64,000 nt of DNA from Eledone cirrhosa (Eukaryota), in assembly GCA_964016885.1 (NCBI GenBank), contig OZ024743.1, positions 338,210,001 through 338,274,000 of the forward strand, given 5' to 3'. The notes under the pieces are model-generated. The model was not told where the DNA came from. It worked only from the letters and a program-made list of their open reading frames with translations, and did no database searches. This document shows positions 13,066 through 25,140 of this stretch, in pieces. Numbering within the stretch: the first letter of the stretch is position 1; every line of letters begins with the position of its first letter. Both the position numbers and the translations under genes were made by a program.

Positions 13066-16000
13066 ATAATAATAATAATAATGATGATAATAATGGTTTC
13101 TGATTTAGGCACAAGGCCAGCAATTTGAAGGGGAGGCCATAGTCGATTAAATCAACCCCAGCAATTATCCCAGTGCATTACTGGTACTTTATTTTATCAA
13201 CCCTGTAAAGAGGAAAGGCAAGATAATAATAATAATTGTTTCTACTTTTGGCACAAGGCCACCAATTATCCCTTTATTTTATCGACCCCGTAAAGATGAC
13301 AGGCAAAGTTAACCTCGGCGGGATTTGAACTTAGACCATAAAAGGCCGTAACTCTTTGCTGCAAAGCAAGGCATCCGACCCTCTACCGATACTGCCATTA
13401 CACCAATAGTAATAATAATGATTTCTTTATTGGCCACTAGGGCCAAGCAATACAGATAATACAAGCAGGGATAGTGGGAATAATAATTGTTTCTAATTTT
13501 GGCACAAGGCCAGCAATTATTCCAGTGTATTACTGGTACTTTATTTTATCGAACCCGTAAGGATGAAAGGCAAAGTTGACCTCGGCGGGATTCGAACTCA
13601 GACCATTAAGGGCCCTAACTCTTTGCTGCAAAGCAATCCATCCGACCCTCTACCGATACTGCCAATCCATCGCCCTAGTGGGAATAATAGTGGGAATAAT
13701 AATAAAATAAAACAACTCACACAACATATATGATAGTATGATAAATACCCAATAAAATAACACAACTTCAATTATTAATATATACAACTTTTGGAAACAT
13801 TTTTTCACGCCAAGTTGCTGAAGCATGTAACAAACTACCTGCATCAGTTGTTAGCTGTTAGGACACTCTATCCTTCAAAACTTCCATGCTTCCTGAAATT
13901 CACCAACACTACACCGGATACCCCCCCCCCCCCCCCTCCATACATACACATGTGTCTGTGTGTATATCATGACTCATACACTGTTCAATTTCCTGACTTT
14001 TGTACATTATTCTATTCATAGCACTGGGTAATTGCTGGCCTTGTGCCTAAAGTAGAAACAATTATTCTATGTACCATACAGAAAATTATGATGAGTTGTA
14101 GTGCACCTGAGCACTGTACACAATAATTTCCATTGCACTGGGTAATTGCTGGCCTTGTGCCTAAAGTAGAAACAATTATTATTATTATAGAATGAACACT
14201 AAAACTATGTCAGAAATTATACTGTTATTTTCTGCATTGTGACTCTCACATTTTCAAATTGTAAACACTCCCAATGCTTCGATAATTCGTAAAGAAATTA
14301 TCTTTGATTCAATTGCACAGTCATATTAAGTTATTAACCATCAGAAAGTAATTCTTAGTCGGCTTAAAATATAGTAACGTGTGACATGAAACAAAGTATT
14401 CTAAACCTATCAGCTGATATTCTATACAACATTAAAATTACCCCTAACCTCTCCAAAGGTAAATAAACACCAGGAATTATAGGCAAATTTTTTTTTTTTC
14501 CCAGCCTGTAGCCTTTCAGACGTTTGGGAGAGCTGAACCACTGACAACGAAGTTCTTGTTGTTGTTGACGGCTCACTTCACAGAAGTATGAGATGATGCC
14601 CGTGAGGGTGCTTGGTTGTTCCAGGGGCATTGCTGCAAGTGTGTGTTGGCTTGTCTCAAAAAGATATTTGCAGATAGTGTATCGGTGCCCCAGCATGGCC
14701 ACAGCCTGTCAGCTGCAACACGTTATAGAACAATGTAATAATTGTTTCTACTTTAGGCACAAGACCAGCAATTACCCAGTGCATTACTGGTACTTTATTT
14801 TATCGATCCCGGAAGGATGAAAGGCAAAGTTAACCTCGGCGGGATTTGAACTCAGAATGGCAAGGGCCGTAACTCTATGCGTCAAAGCATGGCGTCCAAC
14901 CCTCTACCAATGCTGCCAATCCAGTACCCTGTAATAATTGTTTCTACTTTAGGCACAAGGCCAGCAATTATTCCAGTGTATTACTGGTACTTTATTTAAT
15001 TATACTTCTTACTGAATAGAATCAAGAAAGATAATTCTAGAATAAATTGCCTCCCTTTAATATCCACCATTAACTTTTATTACAGTTAGGACGTTGCAAC
15101 GCAAAGCCAACTTGTTTCGAAAAAGAAAGTTAGGTGTGGTTAAAGGTGGTGGGTTAGTAATATTGTGGAAGGACGTCGGACAAAATGTTTTGCCGCATTT
15201 AGTTACTTTCGGCTCTCGAATAAATAAATAGGATGCTCTGGGGTCTCAATATCTAAACTAAACGATTAATTCTGTTGTTTGTTTTTTTAAATCAACGGAG
15301 ACAAGCTAAAAAATTACCGATTTTCCACCACCCCTCCTAATTATTTTACGTTCAGACTTCAAACGCCTGTGATATTAATTTTACATTTCTCGTCTTCCTC
15401 AAAAATGCGAAATCATTTGTAAAGGTCTGAGGGGTGTTGCTTTATTTCAAGCATACAAATCGTTCCTCGGTAACTACGTTTGTTTATACTGAAAGAACGA
15501 AAACATTTCTTTTTTCCACATTTTTGCTTCTTTTACCCCATTTTCTCTCTCCTGTTTTTGTTTCTCAATTGCAAGGGGTAATATATACCACACCTACTCT
15601 GTAGTTGTTTACTAGTTCTACAAAGACGTTTAAACCGATTAAATATATAAATATAACGGATGTTGACCCCAACGAAAGTATTTACAACCTCGATCATCAT
15701 AAGTCTCTGGTCGTTCAGAGCCGAACTGGAGCTAAACAACAACAAATCCATTGCCAAATATTTCTATCGTTTACAACTAGGAAGCAGAGGAGGAGGCTCC
15801 CTTCGGTAAAGTCTGACCATGGTTTTATTCCTAGAATGTTCCATGAGGAAGGTGTTTTTGTGGAAGATCAACAGTCGTTCATGCATGTAGTGCTGGATTT
15901 ACCATTGTGCATAGGTGTGCTTAAATACAGGGCCCTGTTGCGCCGGGGATAAGGGAGCACCTTCCTGCCCCAAAAAATTTTTACGAGGAATTTTCAAATA

Positions 16001-16176
16001 TCAAATGTTCAAAGGGGCCTCATAACTTAACTTAGCACAGAGCCTCATTTGTCCTAAATCCGACAATGGATGCCAATCTCTCCTCTTCACCGATGTTCTG
16101 AAAAGGCAAAGACCGATACTTGTCGCCGGTGACGTCGCAACTCATTCATATACCAGTATATATAAACTAGATATAC

Positions 16177-16249
<73 letters not shown>

Positions 16250-16770
16250 CTATCAGACTGCATATACACTATATGAACACGCGGAAACTGTTTGAAAGCC
16301 TATCGGATAGACTAATTATATTTCAAAGAGCCAGCTTTGTCACACACTATGTCACGCCGAATCTCGCTGAGAATTACGTTAAGGGTAAATGTGTCTACGA
16401 AATGCTCAACCACGTTGATTTCATGAGCAGGCTGATCCGTTGATGGCGATATCCAATTTTAGCGGTCTAAATGCCGCTTACTTGCTGTAGTTGCTGCTTA
16501 CTTCAATGTATGAGGCTATTCCAACAAATTTACATTCCCCTTTTTTTAGCCGTTAAAAGAAATATATATTTCTTTATTTACCATAAAGGCATAAAAAGAA
16601 GGAGTTTACATACAATCGAATAAAAAGGGTATAAAATGAAAATAATCGAAAACAACCTCAAAAGGGAGTGGACGTGATGGGTGGGGGTTGCACACACCCC
16701 CGAAAAAGTGTGCAATCCTTTGCCCGGGGAGCACATGGAGAAGGTGCTCCCCTCTCCTTCACTTCTTTAC

Positions 16771-19700
16771 CTACAGGATGGTATACAGAGAAGGCCCATT
16801 TACACGAGCCATTCTCGCCACTATCACCCACCTTTCATAAAACTGCCTGTGGCCAAGCACCTCTCTCTCCATTCTTATCCTTCTTCCGAAGTGATATCGG
16901 AAGAAGTAGACCAGACTATGGCCAGAGAGGAAGTTGCCTGACCTCAGACCTTTCAATCGTGTCCAACAAACAACCTCTTTCAACATGGCTATTACGCACA
17001 GAAAAACTGCCTTTGCTTCCTTTGTGAAGAGGGGAGGCGGTTTGATTGTCATCACGGACTCGGCGGTCAATTGAATCGGCGCCACCCGCGACAGCAGTCG
17101 TTCGGCGTAGCCCCACAGATCAGCCACGCCCGGACATTGCACCAATGCGTGCGCAACGGTTTCTTCGTGACGCACGCATCTAGGGCAAATCTTTTTCGAG
17201 GGATCCCTGCCCGGGCGCCCGTGTCTGTAGAGCCTCTCTCGAACGGGTAGAGCCCCCCGGTAGCACTGCCAGGCTAGTGACTTCTGGAAGTTGTCCATTG
17301 GTCCCGGGCCGAAAGTCCTACCGAACAGGCTGGCCAGTTCGTCCTCTTCCATGTCCAGCGACTCTCCAAGGGTGTCATCGCCCCTGCTAGCCACCAGCCC
17401 TCTATAGAATGATGTGGTGGATTCTCCACCGATGGCCTGGCCCGCTTGCCAGAGAGCCCTGAGCGCCTGAGCACACTCAGTGTGCCAGTCTCCCAGTTTT
17501 CCAGATCTTTGCTTGACCCAGGACTGCAGCTCGGTGAGCGAGACGAGTCTCGGAAAGGCTCGTTTCACGAACGGAGCCCACACCGGTTGACCAGTGAGGA
17601 ATACCTGTAGGTGCCGTAGCCTTAATGCGTGCCTACGCATCATCAACCACGGCATCCCCAGCCCTCCTTTCGAAGGTTGTTGGCAGCAGATGGATCTTCT
17701 CACCATAGGAGGGCGCTTCTTCCAAAGAAATTGGAAGAGCATGCGTTCCATGGTGGTGAGTGTTTCCTTAGGGCAAGGCACGACAGTCAGGCGGTAGTAA
17801 GTGACGGACGCTATGTAAATGTTTGCCACCTCCGCCCGGCCTTTTAGGGACAGCTTACACTTGGCCCATTTCTGGGTTAGTGCAAACACCTTGTTCGTAA
17901 CCTCGTCCCAGTTCTTTTCCACCTGGAGGTCTGGTCCAAACCAGACCCCAAGCAACTTTACCGGGCCCTCCGACCAGTGTCCGACGACACCGTCGGGAGG
18001 CATCGGTCTGCCTCTCCACGTTCCGAGTTGCAGCCCGATGGATTTTTCCCGGTTCAGTTTCGCTCCTGACAACCTTTCGTAATCCTCCAGTAAGGTACCG
18101 ATCGCCTCGATATCCGAGTCGGTCGATACCATTACTGTTACGTCATCGGCGTAGGCCGACACCGCTTTGCTCAATCCTGGTTCCAGGGGGATACCCTGCA
18201 ACAACTCTAACTTCCTCAGTAAAGGCTCGAGAGTCAATACGTACAGAAGGGAGGAGAGAGGGCACCCCTGTCGAATGGATCGTGTGATTTCGAACGGCTT
18301 CGAAATGTAGCCGTTCACCTTGATCCTAGAACAGATGTGGTTGCTATGTAAGGCAGTGATCCAGCCTCTGAAAACAGGACCGAACCCAGCCGCCGCTAGC
18401 ACCGCATCCAGGTAACCATGGTCGACCCTATCGAAGGCCTTAGACTGATCCAAGTTGATCAGGGCTCCACGAAGCCGGGTTTGTTGCCAACCCTCTCTAT
18501 GATGTATCGCATGAGGTGGAGGTTATCGTGAATGGACCTGGATGGGATAGCACATGTCTGCGCATCTCCCACCAGGCTACCCACGACAAGCGCCAACCTC
18601 TTTGCTAACACCTTGGCCAGAATCTTTAACTCTGTGTTTAGCAGAGTTATGGGCCGAAAATTATTTATACTATCCCCCTTGTTCTCGTCTTTCCTCACCA
18701 GCGAGACTACGCCCTTGGCTACAGAACAAGGAATTCTCCCGTTCTGCTGCCAATTGCAGTAGACCGCTTCGAGGAGTTCGGAGAAGAAGACCGGCATTGC
18801 TAAATAAAGTTCGTAAGGTATACCATCGAGACCTGGAGATTTGCGTCTGCTGCATTGGCTCAGCGCATCCCCGATCTCATCAGCCGAGATTGGTCCCTCG
18901 CAGGACTCTGCCTCTTCGCTCGAGAGACGCGGCAGGCCGTCGAGGTATGGACCGAAATCCACGTCCCCGCCCGGACCCTCGCCTCCCCCGAATAATCGGG
19001 CAAAGTGCCTTTGAAAGGCCTCGCACATCTGCTTAGGCTCCCGGATCACCCGTCCATCCTCGTCTTGCAACGACCGGATGGTGGATCGATTTCCACTCTT
19101 AGCTTCTGTCACGCGGGCCCAGCCAACGGCTTTTGCCCCCTCATTACCTAGAGCACGTATTTTACTTCGAATGACGCAGCCTTCGTGCTTTGCATCGAAA
19201 AACTGGTTCAAGGCCGTCCTCGATGCCAGCACTCTGGCCACATCTTCGCTCTTGATTGCCTCTTCTAATTTACCTGTTAATTCTTTCTCGTTTCTATTCC
19301 TATCGGCAGCTAACATCTTGCTATAACTTATTGATTCTGTTCTAATCTCTCTTTTGAGAGATGCCCACCATCGGTTGTTGACGATTGCACCCGTCAACCT
19401 CTCCTTAACTAATCTGCTAATCCGGTTTCTGTAAGTCTCTTTTGCCGGTAAAGACAAATTAAGTTTCCAGTAACCGGGACCCTGTTTATGTGTTTTCTCG
19501 AGATTGACTACGCAGGTCACTAATTTGTGATCCGTATAGCCAACCGTGCGCATTTCTGGACAGCTTAATATGTCCCTATCCTTACTTCTAACTAAGAATC
19601 TATCTAAGTACGATCTAGATTGACCACTGTGGTTTCTCCAAGTCCAGGTAGGCACAGTTGGAAAATCTAGTCGATATCTATCGACCAAGTTAAAACGGTC

Positions 19701-20207
19701 GAGTAACCCCTTGAGGCTGTTACACCCCCCTCTATTAGGACATGCTCCTGCATAGTCCCAACGTGCATCTAGGATGTCATTCCAATCCCCCGCTAGAAGC
19801 AGGGAACGCGACGTTCCCAGAAAAGTCTCCAAACGCTGGAAGAAGTCGGGCCGTTCAGCTCCGAAAGGGGTGTAGACGGCGACCAGTCTCAAGGCCGCAC
19901 CTTCACTACTGCCAACGTCTAGCACCAACAAACGACCCTCCGGGTCCGAGTGAACAACCTGTACGGCAAGACTCAGGTGTTTTTGCAGCAGTACGACAAC
20001 CCCACCCCCACCTCCAGGTTGACAGAGCGATGCATGCACCTCAAAGTCATCGAAGGTAGGGGCCAGCTGCCGCACGACGCTGATCCGAGTCTCACAGTTA
20101 ACCATTACATTTATACCACATGACCTGAGGTCATTTAGAAGCTTTGCTTGCTTCCAAGTTGAGCCCAGGCCACGTGCATTCAAACATCCTACTCTTAACA
20201 CATCCAT
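16771..20207 (-). CDS. Tx1 ORF2 (APE endonuclease + reverse transcriptase + CCHC zf-RVT), split by one 1-nt frameshift near 18470
   Basis: Motifs LNARGL, GDWN, YLDRF, TDH, KSPGLDG, RPITLLNTELKILAK, DQSKAFDRVDH, RQGCPLS, AYADD, CPRC..HALVQC. Restoring one G (TTC GGT GGA GCC CTG ATC AAC TTG GAT) fuses the two tracked ORFs. Confidence 0.9.
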
Positions 20208-20240
20208 GTGGGCGGCAGAGCCAAAGGAGAGTGTAGAGAC

Positions 20241-21301
20241 CTACCTTTCTGCTTCTCGGGGTTCGGGTCGCACGACTTCCATGGGGTCGGGGGTGTTGGG
20301 TGAAGGGGTGTCTTGTGGTGGTGTGGGGTCGTCAGTGTGTGGTGGGGTTGGGGTGTTTGGAGTTGTGTTGGGGAGGGGAGGAGGAAAGCTTTTTAGTAGG
20401 ACGCGGTTTATGGGTTTGACGGAGGGTGGTCCTACGTCCTCCTTAAAATCCTTTTTTAGTTTTTGGTAGAGGTTCATTGGGATCTTTATTAATTTTAAAT
20501 GTGGGTAGTTTTCTGAAGAAACAAAGTTTACACCTTCGGTTTGTACCGAAGGGTTATTGTATATGAGTTCATTTAATTTATTATTGTTTCTGTTGATGTA
20601 AGTATAGTGTAATGTCTTTTTTGGGGGATGGTGTGAGTGTTTCGAAGAGGGGAGGGGCAGGTTTGGTTTTGTTTGTTGCTGGAGGGGTGTTTTGTGTTTT
20701 GTTGGATTGTGTTCACATTTGGGTGGGGGTTGTTTGGCCTTGTGTGTTTTGCACATGTTTTCTTTTTTTTCTTTTAATCTGTCTGAAGGACTCCGTTTCT
20801 TCCTCTGAATTCGTTGGGTTATCTTCAGTGTTGGAGGGAAGAGGTATGTTTGCTGGTAATGTTTCCGTGTTGGTTTTCTTTGTGGGGGAGATGGATGTCA
20901 CTATGTTAGACTGTGTTGTGTGTTGTGGCTGCGGTGGTTGTGTTGTTTTATTGAGTGAGGGGTTGGGTGGGCCTGTATTTTGTTTTGGGGGTAATGTGTT
21001 GTGACTGTTTGTGTTGTTGTGGTGGTGTAGTTTTACTGAGGGACGGGTTGGGTGGGACTGAGTTTTGTTTGTGGTATTAATATTGTCATGCAATTTTTCA
21101 AATTTTTTTTTTTTCGTTGTTGGAATCCATGTCCAGATTTGTGTTTTCGTCATTTTTCTCCGCAGATTCGTCCGTTTTTATTTTCATTTTTCCTTCCTTC
21201 TCTATGACGTTAGTTGGGAAGGAAAGGGGGACTAAAGCGTGCGAGCTTACAACTCTTACCGCTGTCCCCTCACCACTATTTTCGTTCGCTGCGTTTAACA
21301 T
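20241..21301 (-). pseudogene. Tx1 ORF1 remnant, frameshifted at A-runs, Pro/Thr/Asn-rich, no recognisable RRM or zinc knuckle
   Basis: Three overlapping ORFs (21098-21301, 20713-21153, 20241-20756) directly upstream of ORF2. Confidence 0.55.
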
Positions 21302-22063
21302 TTCTGTCAGACGATTGAAATTTTTTATGCCACAAAATTTTTAAAAACAGGTTTTTCATCCCTAGGAGGGGTAAAGATGAGCTAACCCACCGCCTGACAG
21401 TTCAGACGGGGGGGGGGGGGGTCAAGCTACACAATAGTATCAAAATTAAAATTGAACTTACAAAATTTCCGCAATAAATTTGAACAAAACTTCTGCGCGA
21501 AGTGAATTACATCTACGCTGTAGAACAGACGACAGCTAGATTATCCGTTAAAAGAAATATAGATTTATTTATTGTTTTGTTTTTGCGATTTATTTGCCAC
21601 TGGGGCATAGATTTCTTTATTTGCCCCTTTTTTGTTTGTTTGTTTTTTTTGTTTTTTTTTGCGATTTACTAGCCTTTTGGGGTCACCCTGGCGACCTTTC
21701 TGCCAGGGAGCACAGAGAGAGGGGGGTGCTCCCTTCTTCTCTTACCTGTACAAGCCGATATAGGGAGATGGCCCACTTACACGGGCCATTATTGTTACTT
21801 TCACCCATCTTGCATGGATTGGCTGGGACTGAGTGCCTTTTTATTCACCTTGATCCTTCTTTCGAAGTGGTATCGGAAGAAGAGGACCATGTGTAGTCCA
21901 AAAAGATATAAATCTTTAAAAAAATTATAATAATTCTTTATTATTATTTTCTTTTTCTGTAAATAATTATTTTTCTATATATCTCAAACCCTGCCAAACA
22001 CCACATTTGTCCATCTGTAAATTTAAATGACTGTTCTTTCATACTTATCCTCTTCAACTACAC

Positions 22064-22199
22064 ATGGATATTTGTCTTACTGTGGAGAAGGAATTAGAAA
22101 CAGTTTTATCAAAATTCACTGCTATTCGGGAACATACAAAGCGAACTTTGGGTGACATACCAACTTCTGTTGATAATATAAGGAAAGAAATCAGTGAAG
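22064..22199 (+). pseudogene. RMND5: Isolated first coding exon of an RMND5/Gid2 (CTLH/GID complex E3 ligase) homologue, probably a captured fragment
   Basis: MDICLTVEKELETVLSKFTAIREHTKRTLGDIPTSVDNIRKEISE resembles the RMND5A/B N-terminus (MDQCVTVERELEKVLHKF...). It ends at a phase-1 donor GAAG|GTATTT followed by AT-rich intron-like sequence. No downstream exons recognised. Confidence 0.72.
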
Positions 22200-22253
22200 G
22201 TATTTATTACATTTTGATTGCATTTTTATTACAACCACTAATACTTACTATTA

Positions 22254-22620
22254 TACCGAGGGGCCCTGCCCGTTCGGGAAAGACTCTACAGACACGGATT
22301 CCGGGACGGAAACCCCTTGGAAAAGAAATGTCCCAGATGCGTTTGCAACGAGGAAACTGTGGGGATATGTCGCCGGCCAACAAATGGTCCTCTTCTTCCG
22401 ATACCACTTCGAAAGAAGGATCAAGGTGGAGAAAAAGGCACTCAGTCCCAGCCAATTCCATGAAAGATGGGTGAAAGTAGCAATAATGGCCCGTGTAAGT
22501 GGGCCATCTCTCTATATCGGCTTGTACAGGTAAGAGAAGAAGGGAGCACCCCCCTCTCCTGTGCTGCCTGGCAGAAAGGTCGCACACTTTCTACGGGGTT
22601 GTGTGTGACCCCAAAAGGCT
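22254..22620 (+). mobile_element. Older Tx1-family 3' remnant forming the inner right arm of the fold-back (mirror copy ~21660-21890, minus strand)
   Basis: Translates to ALPVRERLYRHGFRDGNPLEKKCPRCVCNEETV..MVLFFRYHFERRIKVEKKALSPSQFHERWVKVAIMARVSGPSLY, homologous to the C-terminus of the Tx1 ORF2 in this window. Confidence 0.85.
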
Positions 22621-24329
22621 AATAAATCGCAAAAAAAAACAAACAAACAAACAAAAAAGGGGCAAATAAAGAAATCTATGCCCCAGTGGCAAATAAATCG
22701 CAAAAAAAGAAACAATAAATAAATCTATATTTCTTTTAACGGCTAAAAAGGGGGGAATGTAAATTTGTTGGAATAGCCTCATACGTTGAAATAAGCAGCA
22801 ACTACAGCAAGTAAGCGGCATTTAGGCCGCTAAAATTGGATATCGCCAAAAGAAGGGAGAAAAAAAAAATTTAATCGCATAGTTTGTTGTTTTCCTTCTT
22901 TTTTCTTGTTTCTCAAGTAAAAAAAGATTAGCAGTGTTGCCACTATCCATATAATTACTTTGTCTAGACAGTGTTATCGTTTTAATCAATAAATTTATCA
23001 GAGAGGAATCTTATCGTTGATTAAAATTACCTGAAATCAATTATAAAAGGTTCAGAATATAACATGACACCGCTGAACAAAACTCGACAGCCTCGATTTG
23101 TTTATGGTGAATGGTCTAAGGGAGATAACTACTATTTAACTACGACGCGAAAAATTTCTATCTTTTTATTATTACTCCATATAACAAGATTTTCTTATTT
23201 AGGCACAGGGCCAGCTATTTGTGGGAGATATAGCTGTTAAACAACATCCCTACACCCTGCTATCGGAGCAGAGTTGGCTGTCCGCAGATGTGATCCCCGT
23301 GGGGTGGGGTGGAGTGGCTGTTCGAGTGCGTCTCCCTTACAGTCCTCCAAGCCAATGTATACTCCATCTTGTCGGCCGACACACAGAGGCGGAGAGTAAA
23401 TTAGTTGGAGATGGAGGGCACTCGTTCGGACGTCACAAGGGCCAAAGAGTTACGGTCTTTTATGATCTGTGTTCAAATCCCACCAAGGTTGACTTTGCCT
23501 TTCATCCTTACAGGGTCGAGAAAATAAAGTACCAGTAATGTACTGGGAAATATGCTGGCCTTGTGCCAAAAGTAGAAACAATTATTATAATCTCTATATT
23601 CCTTTAAAATAAGGGAGCAAAACATTTTCATAATTCTGAGTGGTTCTAAGTTGTTAGTACATTATTACCATTTATCAAATTTAAGATTTAATAAAATATA
23701 TAATAGTTAGTAACATAAGTGTATTTTAATGTATTTTAACTTTAATTTTTTTTTTTAACAGACACAAGGGCAGCACTTTTTTTTATCTTTCTGTGAGGTG
23801 AGTGGAAAGTCGATTATATAGATCCCAATACTTGACTGGTATTTTATTTTATTGACCTCAGAAGAATAAAAAGCAAAGTTGACCTCAGCGAGATTTGAAC
23901 TCAGAACGTAAAGAGCTGGATCAAATACTGCTAAGCATTTGTCCAGCGCTATAAATAACTAGCAACCCACTGGCCACTCAAATAACTATAAATAATGAAA
24001 GAGAGAGAGAGGGGGGGGGGCTGTTCTGAAAGCTGCAAATGTTTCAATCTTGAGATAGAAGTGCACCTAATCTAAGAATTCTTTGTTACTAAAGCTCAAA
24101 GTACAGGGGCGGTGCCTGGTAGAACAAGTTATATAGTAAAATCTCTGTAGAGATAGGGGTGGTGTCTAGTATTGTCTCTAAGAATTAGAATGTTGTTAAG
24201 CCCCAGGTCGACCCTGATCAGACAGACTTATGATCAAAGACCTTCCAGTCTTAACCATCCATTTTCTTTAGACACATAATGAACTACATTTCTTTGTGGT
24301 GATGATATAGACTAACATATGATATGAGG

Positions 24330-24450
24330 AATGGGAGGAGTTTGCTCATCTGAGGAAGGAGCCACATGGGGTGGAGTGGCTGATGCAGCAAGTAATACTG
24401 GCTGTTATCCACAGTAGTGATTTCACCATCTTGTCCATGAGGTACAACTG
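24330..24450 (+). mobile_element. Degenerate CRE remnant (same family as 2562-2912)
   Basis: FAHLRKEPHGVEWLMQQVILAVIHSSDFTILS aligns with AAHLRKEPREVGWLLQRVSLAIVRGNAFTILS. Confidence 0.6.
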
Positions 24451-24483
24451 TGATATACCACCTAAAGAACGATACAGAGCCTT

Positions 24484-25140
24484 CACAACAAAAAGCACCC
24501 ATTCCACACTGTAAAGTAGTTGTGTAGGTGTCACAACAAAAAGCACCCAGTCCACACTGTAAAGTAGTTGTGTAGGTGTCACAACAAAAAGCACCCAGTC
24601 CACACTGTAAAGTAGTTGTGTAGGTGTCACAACAAAAAGCACCCAGTCCACACTGTAAAGTAGTTGTGTAGGTGTCACAACAAAAAGCACCCATTCCATA
24701 CTGTATAGTGGTCATGTAGGTGTCACAACAAAAAGCACCCAGTCCACACTGTAAAGTAGTTGTGTAGGTGTCACAACAAAAAGCACCCATTCCATACTGT
24801 ATAGTGGTCATGTAGGTGTCACAACAAAAAGCACCCAGTCCACACTGTAAAGTAGTTGTGTAGGTGTCACAACAAAAAGCACCCATTCCATACTGTATAG
24901 TGGTCATGTAGGTGTCACAACAAAAAGCACCCAGTCCACACTGTAAAGTAGTTGTGTAGGTGTCACAACAAAAAGCACCCATTCCATACTGTATAGTGGT
25001 CATGTAGGTGTCACAACAAAAAGCACCCAGTCCACACTGTAAAGTAGTTGTGTAGGTGTCACAACAAAAAGCACCCATTCCATACTGTATAGTGGTCATG
25101 TAGGTGTCACAACAAAAAGCACCCAGTCCACACTGTAAAT
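24484..25140. repeat. 48-bp minisatellite derived from an RTE/SINE 3' tail, with two alternating variants
   Basis: Unit cacaacaaaaagcacccagtccacactgtaaagtagttgtgtaggtgt; runs into the RTE-type tail at 25140-25295. Confidence 0.92.

Larger units (their letters stand above)
16567..21544 (-). mobile_element. Tx1/L1-clade non-LTR retrotransposon, near full-length
   Basis: 17-bp TSD ccgttaaaagaaatata at 16550-16566 and 21545-21561. AATAAA and a short A-rich 3' end. ORF1 remnant followed by ORF2 with APE endonuclease, RT and a C-terminal zinc finger. Confidence 0.93.
16444..22848. mobile_element. Fold-back / long-inverted-repeat composite element (left arm 16444-16566 plus 21562-21890; right arm 22384-22848)
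   Basis: tggcgatatccaattttagcgg...ccgttaaaagaaatata at the left end is the reverse complement of ...tatatttcttttaacgg...ccgctaaaattggatatcgcca at the right end. Complementarity resumes after the LINE insertion and runs to gaggaccat/atggtcctc. No TSD found. Confidence 0.75.

Noticed and set aside
14480-14720. Possible exon after a polypyrimidine tract plus AG on the + strand; ORF 14364-14702
   Set aside because: No recognisable protein in any frame and no supporting partner exon; probably an unidentified repeat fragment.
15929-16068. Possible hAT-type MITE starting cagggcc
   Set aside because: The right terminus is too degenerate and I could not find a TSD.
16086-16132. Possible hammerhead (ctgaaaa-gg..cc-gata-cttg-tc, with tcaccg/cggtga pairing)
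   Set aside because: Two core positions are mutated and the stems are too weak; at most a dead relic.
24284-25099. 271-aa Cys-rich repeat ORF and a possible extra minus-strand exon at ~24290-24461
   Set aside because: The repeat part is a 48-bp minisatellite, and the unique part is better explained as a plus-strand CRE remnant.
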